Assembly: GCA_039808825.1 (NCBI GenBank)
Contig: JBDHTV010000001.1
Coordinates: 1 to 37,882 of the forward strand
From: Bdellovibrionales bacterium
GTDB lineage: Bacteria > Pseudomonadota > Alphaproteobacteria > UBA9219 > RFNS01
Length of the DNA: 37,882 nt
Direction of reading: 5' to 3'
The stretch's first letter is position 1. Every line of letters begins with the position of its first letter. The notes beneath the pieces were generated by a model, which did not search any database, was not told where the DNA came from, and saw nothing but the letters and a program-made list of their open reading frames with translations. Shown here in pieces: positions 35,848 through 37,882 of this stretch. The position numbers were made by a program, and so were the translations under genes.

Positions 35848-37638
35848 ATGAAAAATGCCAATCCATCATTTGCCCTGATGCAAAAAGCGGTAGCCCTGCA
35901 TCAAAAAGGCCAGGTCGCGGAAGCGGAAGCCGCCTATCGCCAGGTATTAAACACCACGCCGCGCCATGCCGATGCGCTGCGGCTGCTCGGCGGATTGTAT
36001 CTGCAGATCAATCAAGCTGAGCAGGCCATTCCCTGCCTGCAACAGGCCTTGAGCCTGACGCCGAACCAGCCTGAGCTGCTCAACAATCTCGGCGTCGCGT
36101 TGTGCAGCCGTGGTCAGCTCAACGATGCGCTGCAGTGCTATCAACAAGCCATTCAGATAGCCCCCAACTATGCCGGGGCCATCGATAATCTGGGCCAGCT
36201 CTATTACAGTGCCGGGAAGCTCGATGACGCCGCGACCTGCTTTGAACGCTCGCTGCAGCTCAACGCCCAGAATCCTGGCGCGTATGTTTTGCTCGGCGAT
36301 ATTTATCAGCTGCAGGGCAGCCCGGATAAAGCCATCGCACGCTATCAGGAAGCGCTGCGCCAATTGCCCGACCATCCCGATATTCTGACCAAGCTTGGCA
36401 ATCTGCTGCGCGATCAGGGCCGATCGGCAGAGGCTTGCGCCATATATCAGCGTCTGGCCCAACTCAAACCGAACGATGTTTCGGTGCATCTCAATCTCGG
36501 CGTGATCTACCGTGATATGGGCGATTTGAACCAAGCGCTGACCGAATATGATGCCGCGCTCAAGCTTAAACCCGATGCGCTCGATGTGCTGGTCAACCGC
36601 GCCGGGCTGCTGGTCGAGCTTGACCGCCCGGCCGAAGCCGCCGCCGCTTATGACGCGGCGTTAGCGCTCAACCCGCGTCAACCCGCGGCGCAATGGGGCA
36701 AATCGCTCGCGCTACTGATGCAAGGCGATTATGCGGATGGCTGGCGGCTTTACGAAACGCGCTTCGCCTATAAGCCCAAGCCCGGTCCGGCGCCGCGCGT
36801 GCCGCGCTGGCAGGGCGAGCCGCTCGCCGGCAAAGAGCTGCTGATCTGGGGCGAGCAGGGTCTTGGCGACGTACTGCAATTTGTGCGCTATGCCCGGCTT
36901 TGTCACGAACTGGGCGCGCAGGTGACGGTACAGTGCGACGCCGCGCTCACGCGCCTGCTCGGCAACTGCCCCTCTATCGCTGCCGCCGTGAACGTGATCG
37001 ACCAGCCGGATTTCGATTTTCAGATTCCGGTCATGAGCCTGCCGCACCGGTTCGGCACGACGCTCGCCACCATTCCGCATGACGTGCCTTATCTGTATGT
37101 GAGCGATGCCGCGCGGGCGCAATGGCAGCCCTACTTTGTCGAACCCGGCGCGCCACGCATCGGCCTGGTCTGGGCCGGCAATCCGCGCAAGGTGCAGATC
37201 GACGCGCACGCGACCGACCGGCAGCGCAGCCTGACGCTCGACCATTTCCGTCCCCTGCTCACGCTCGACGGCTATCGCTTCTATAATCTGCAAAAGGGTG
37301 AAGCGAACGGGCAACTGGCCGCCGCCGGGTTGCAGCACCGCATCAGCGATCCGATGGGCGACGTGGCGGACTTCATGGACACGGCGGCGATCATCGAAAA
37401 TCTCGATCTGGTGATCTCCGTCGACACCTCGGTCGTGCATCTCGCGGGCGCGCTCGGCAAACCGGTCTGGGTGCTCTCGCGCTTCGGCGGCTGCTGGCGC
37501 TGGTTGCGCAACCAGCCGCAGAGCCCCTGGTATCCAACTGCGCGCATATTCGGTCAGACGGCGTCCGGCGACTGGAGCAGTTGCATCGCCGCCGTCACCG
37601 CCGCGCTGCAGGAACGGCCGCTTAACGCAAACCGATAA
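35848..37638 (+). CDS. TPR-repeat protein fused to a GT9-like (heptosyltransferase-fold) glycosyltransferase domain
   Basis: The start is trimmed to the ATG at 35848 (MKNANPSF). About eight 34-aa TPR units (A...Y...L...P....A...LG) are followed by GEQGLGDVLQFVRYARL and VISVDTSVVHLAGALGKPVWVL, typical of GT9-type domains. Confidence 0.75.
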   Translation: MKNANPSFALMQKAVALHQKGQVAEAEAAYRQVLNTTPRHADALRLLGGLYLQINQAEQAIPCLQQALSLTPNQPELLNNLGVALCSRGQLNDALQCYQQAIQIAPNYAGAIDNLGQLYYSAGKLDDAATCFERSLQLNAQNPGAYVLLGDIYQLQGSPDKAIARYQEALRQLPDHPDILTKLGNLLRDQGRSAEACAIYQRLAQLKPNDVSVHLNLGVIYRDMGDLNQALTEYDAALKLKPDALDVLVNRAGLLVELDRPAEAAAAYDAALALNPRQPAAQWGKSLALLMQGDYADGWRLYETRFAYKPKPGPAPRVPRWQGEPLAGKELLIWGEQGLGDVLQFVRYARLCHELGAQVTVQCDAALTRLLGNCPSIAAAVNVIDQPDFDFQIPVMSLPHRFGTTLATIPHDVPYLYVSDAARAQWQPYFVEPGAPRIGLVWAGNPRKVQIDAHATDRQRSLTLDHFRPLLTLDGYRFYNLQKGEANGQLAAAGLQHRISDPMGDVADFMDTAAIIENLDLVISVDTSVVHLAGALGKPVWVLSRFGGCWRWLRNQPQSPWYPTARIFGQTASGDWSSCIAAVTAALQERPLNANR

Positions 37639-37882
37639 TCACGCGTGATTCCGGCGAGGCCGTTTCCAGCACCATGAGCAGATCGGGCAAGGCAAGCGCA
37701 ACGCAGCCCGCGGTCGGCGCATAATCCGGCTGCGCGCAATGCAGGAAAATGGCGCTGCCCATGCCGGGATGCACCGGCGCATCGTTGTAACCAAGCGGCA
37801 CGATGACGTCATAGACATGATCGTCGCGCCACAGCCGTTCAGCGCTGGCCGGATAAGGATGCAGCACGAACTGGTTATAGCC
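37622..37882 (-). CDS. L,D-transpeptidase (YkuD-domain) protein, 5'-truncated by the window edge
   Basis: The C-terminal catalytic motif GSAIFLHCA....PTAGCVAL (His ... Cys) is present. The frame stays open to base 37882. It overlaps the convergent TPR-GT9 gene end by 17 nt. Confidence 0.7.
   Translation of the reverse strand, partial: GYNQFVLHPYPASAERLWRDDHVYDVIVPLGYNDAPVHPGMGSAIFLHCAQPDYAPTAGCVALALPDLLMVLETASPESRVIIGLR

Noticed and set aside
1-37882. Search for CRISPR arrays, IS elements, integrases, phage genes and rRNA
   Set aside because: By eye I found no regularly spaced direct repeats, no transposase- or integrase-like ORFs, no terminal inverted repeats and no rRNA-like sequence. The only RNA gene I can support is tRNA-Gly.

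Overview
High-GC (about 60-65%) chromosomal segment with alphaproteobacterial gene content and order. Most of it is housekeeping. From 5' to 3':
- 1-828: a 5'-truncated AstE/AspA-family zinc hydrolase.
- 1085-7164: the 2-oxoglutarate dehydrogenase operon sucA-sucB-(small Cys-rich secreted ORF)-lpdA.
- 7170-7844: two small orphan ORFs separated only by an in-frame TAG.
- 7937-9460: gpmI.
- 9.5-12.8 kb: an ArnT-like / ArnC-like / YdjC-like envelope-modification trio.
- 12.9-19.2 kb: a class A PBP, thrB-rnhA, a YbjQ-like gene, a TPR gene coupled to gluQ, and an SDR-fold gene.
- 19.2-21.8 kb: a compositionally distinct accessory islet. It has an 87-aa ORF coupled to a 429-aa orphan protein, a convergent stand-alone N-acyl amino acid synthase-type acyltransferase, and an AT-rich leader.
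- 21811-23244: an alphaproteobacterial-type icd.
- 23.5-34.2 kb: a tightly packed same-strand flagellar block of about 10.8 kb, fliF-fliG-fliH/flbE-fliN-flbD-flhA-flhF-flhG-fliK-like.
- 34346-34460: tRNA-Gly(GCC) with a strong terminator.
- 34.5-37.9 kb: an orphan ORF, a divergent DUF5672 / TPR-GT9 glycosyltransferase pair, and a 5'-truncated L,D-transpeptidase gene.
I found no CRISPR array, transposase, integrase or rRNA. The best candidate for something undescribed is the 19.2-20.8 kb two-gene module. Its large protein has a motif order that reminds me of ADP-ribosyl cyclase/CD38-type NAD-utilising enzymes. That is a hypothesis from memory, not a demonstrated homology. All calls rest on reading the translated ORFs and the DNA by eye; no database search was run.
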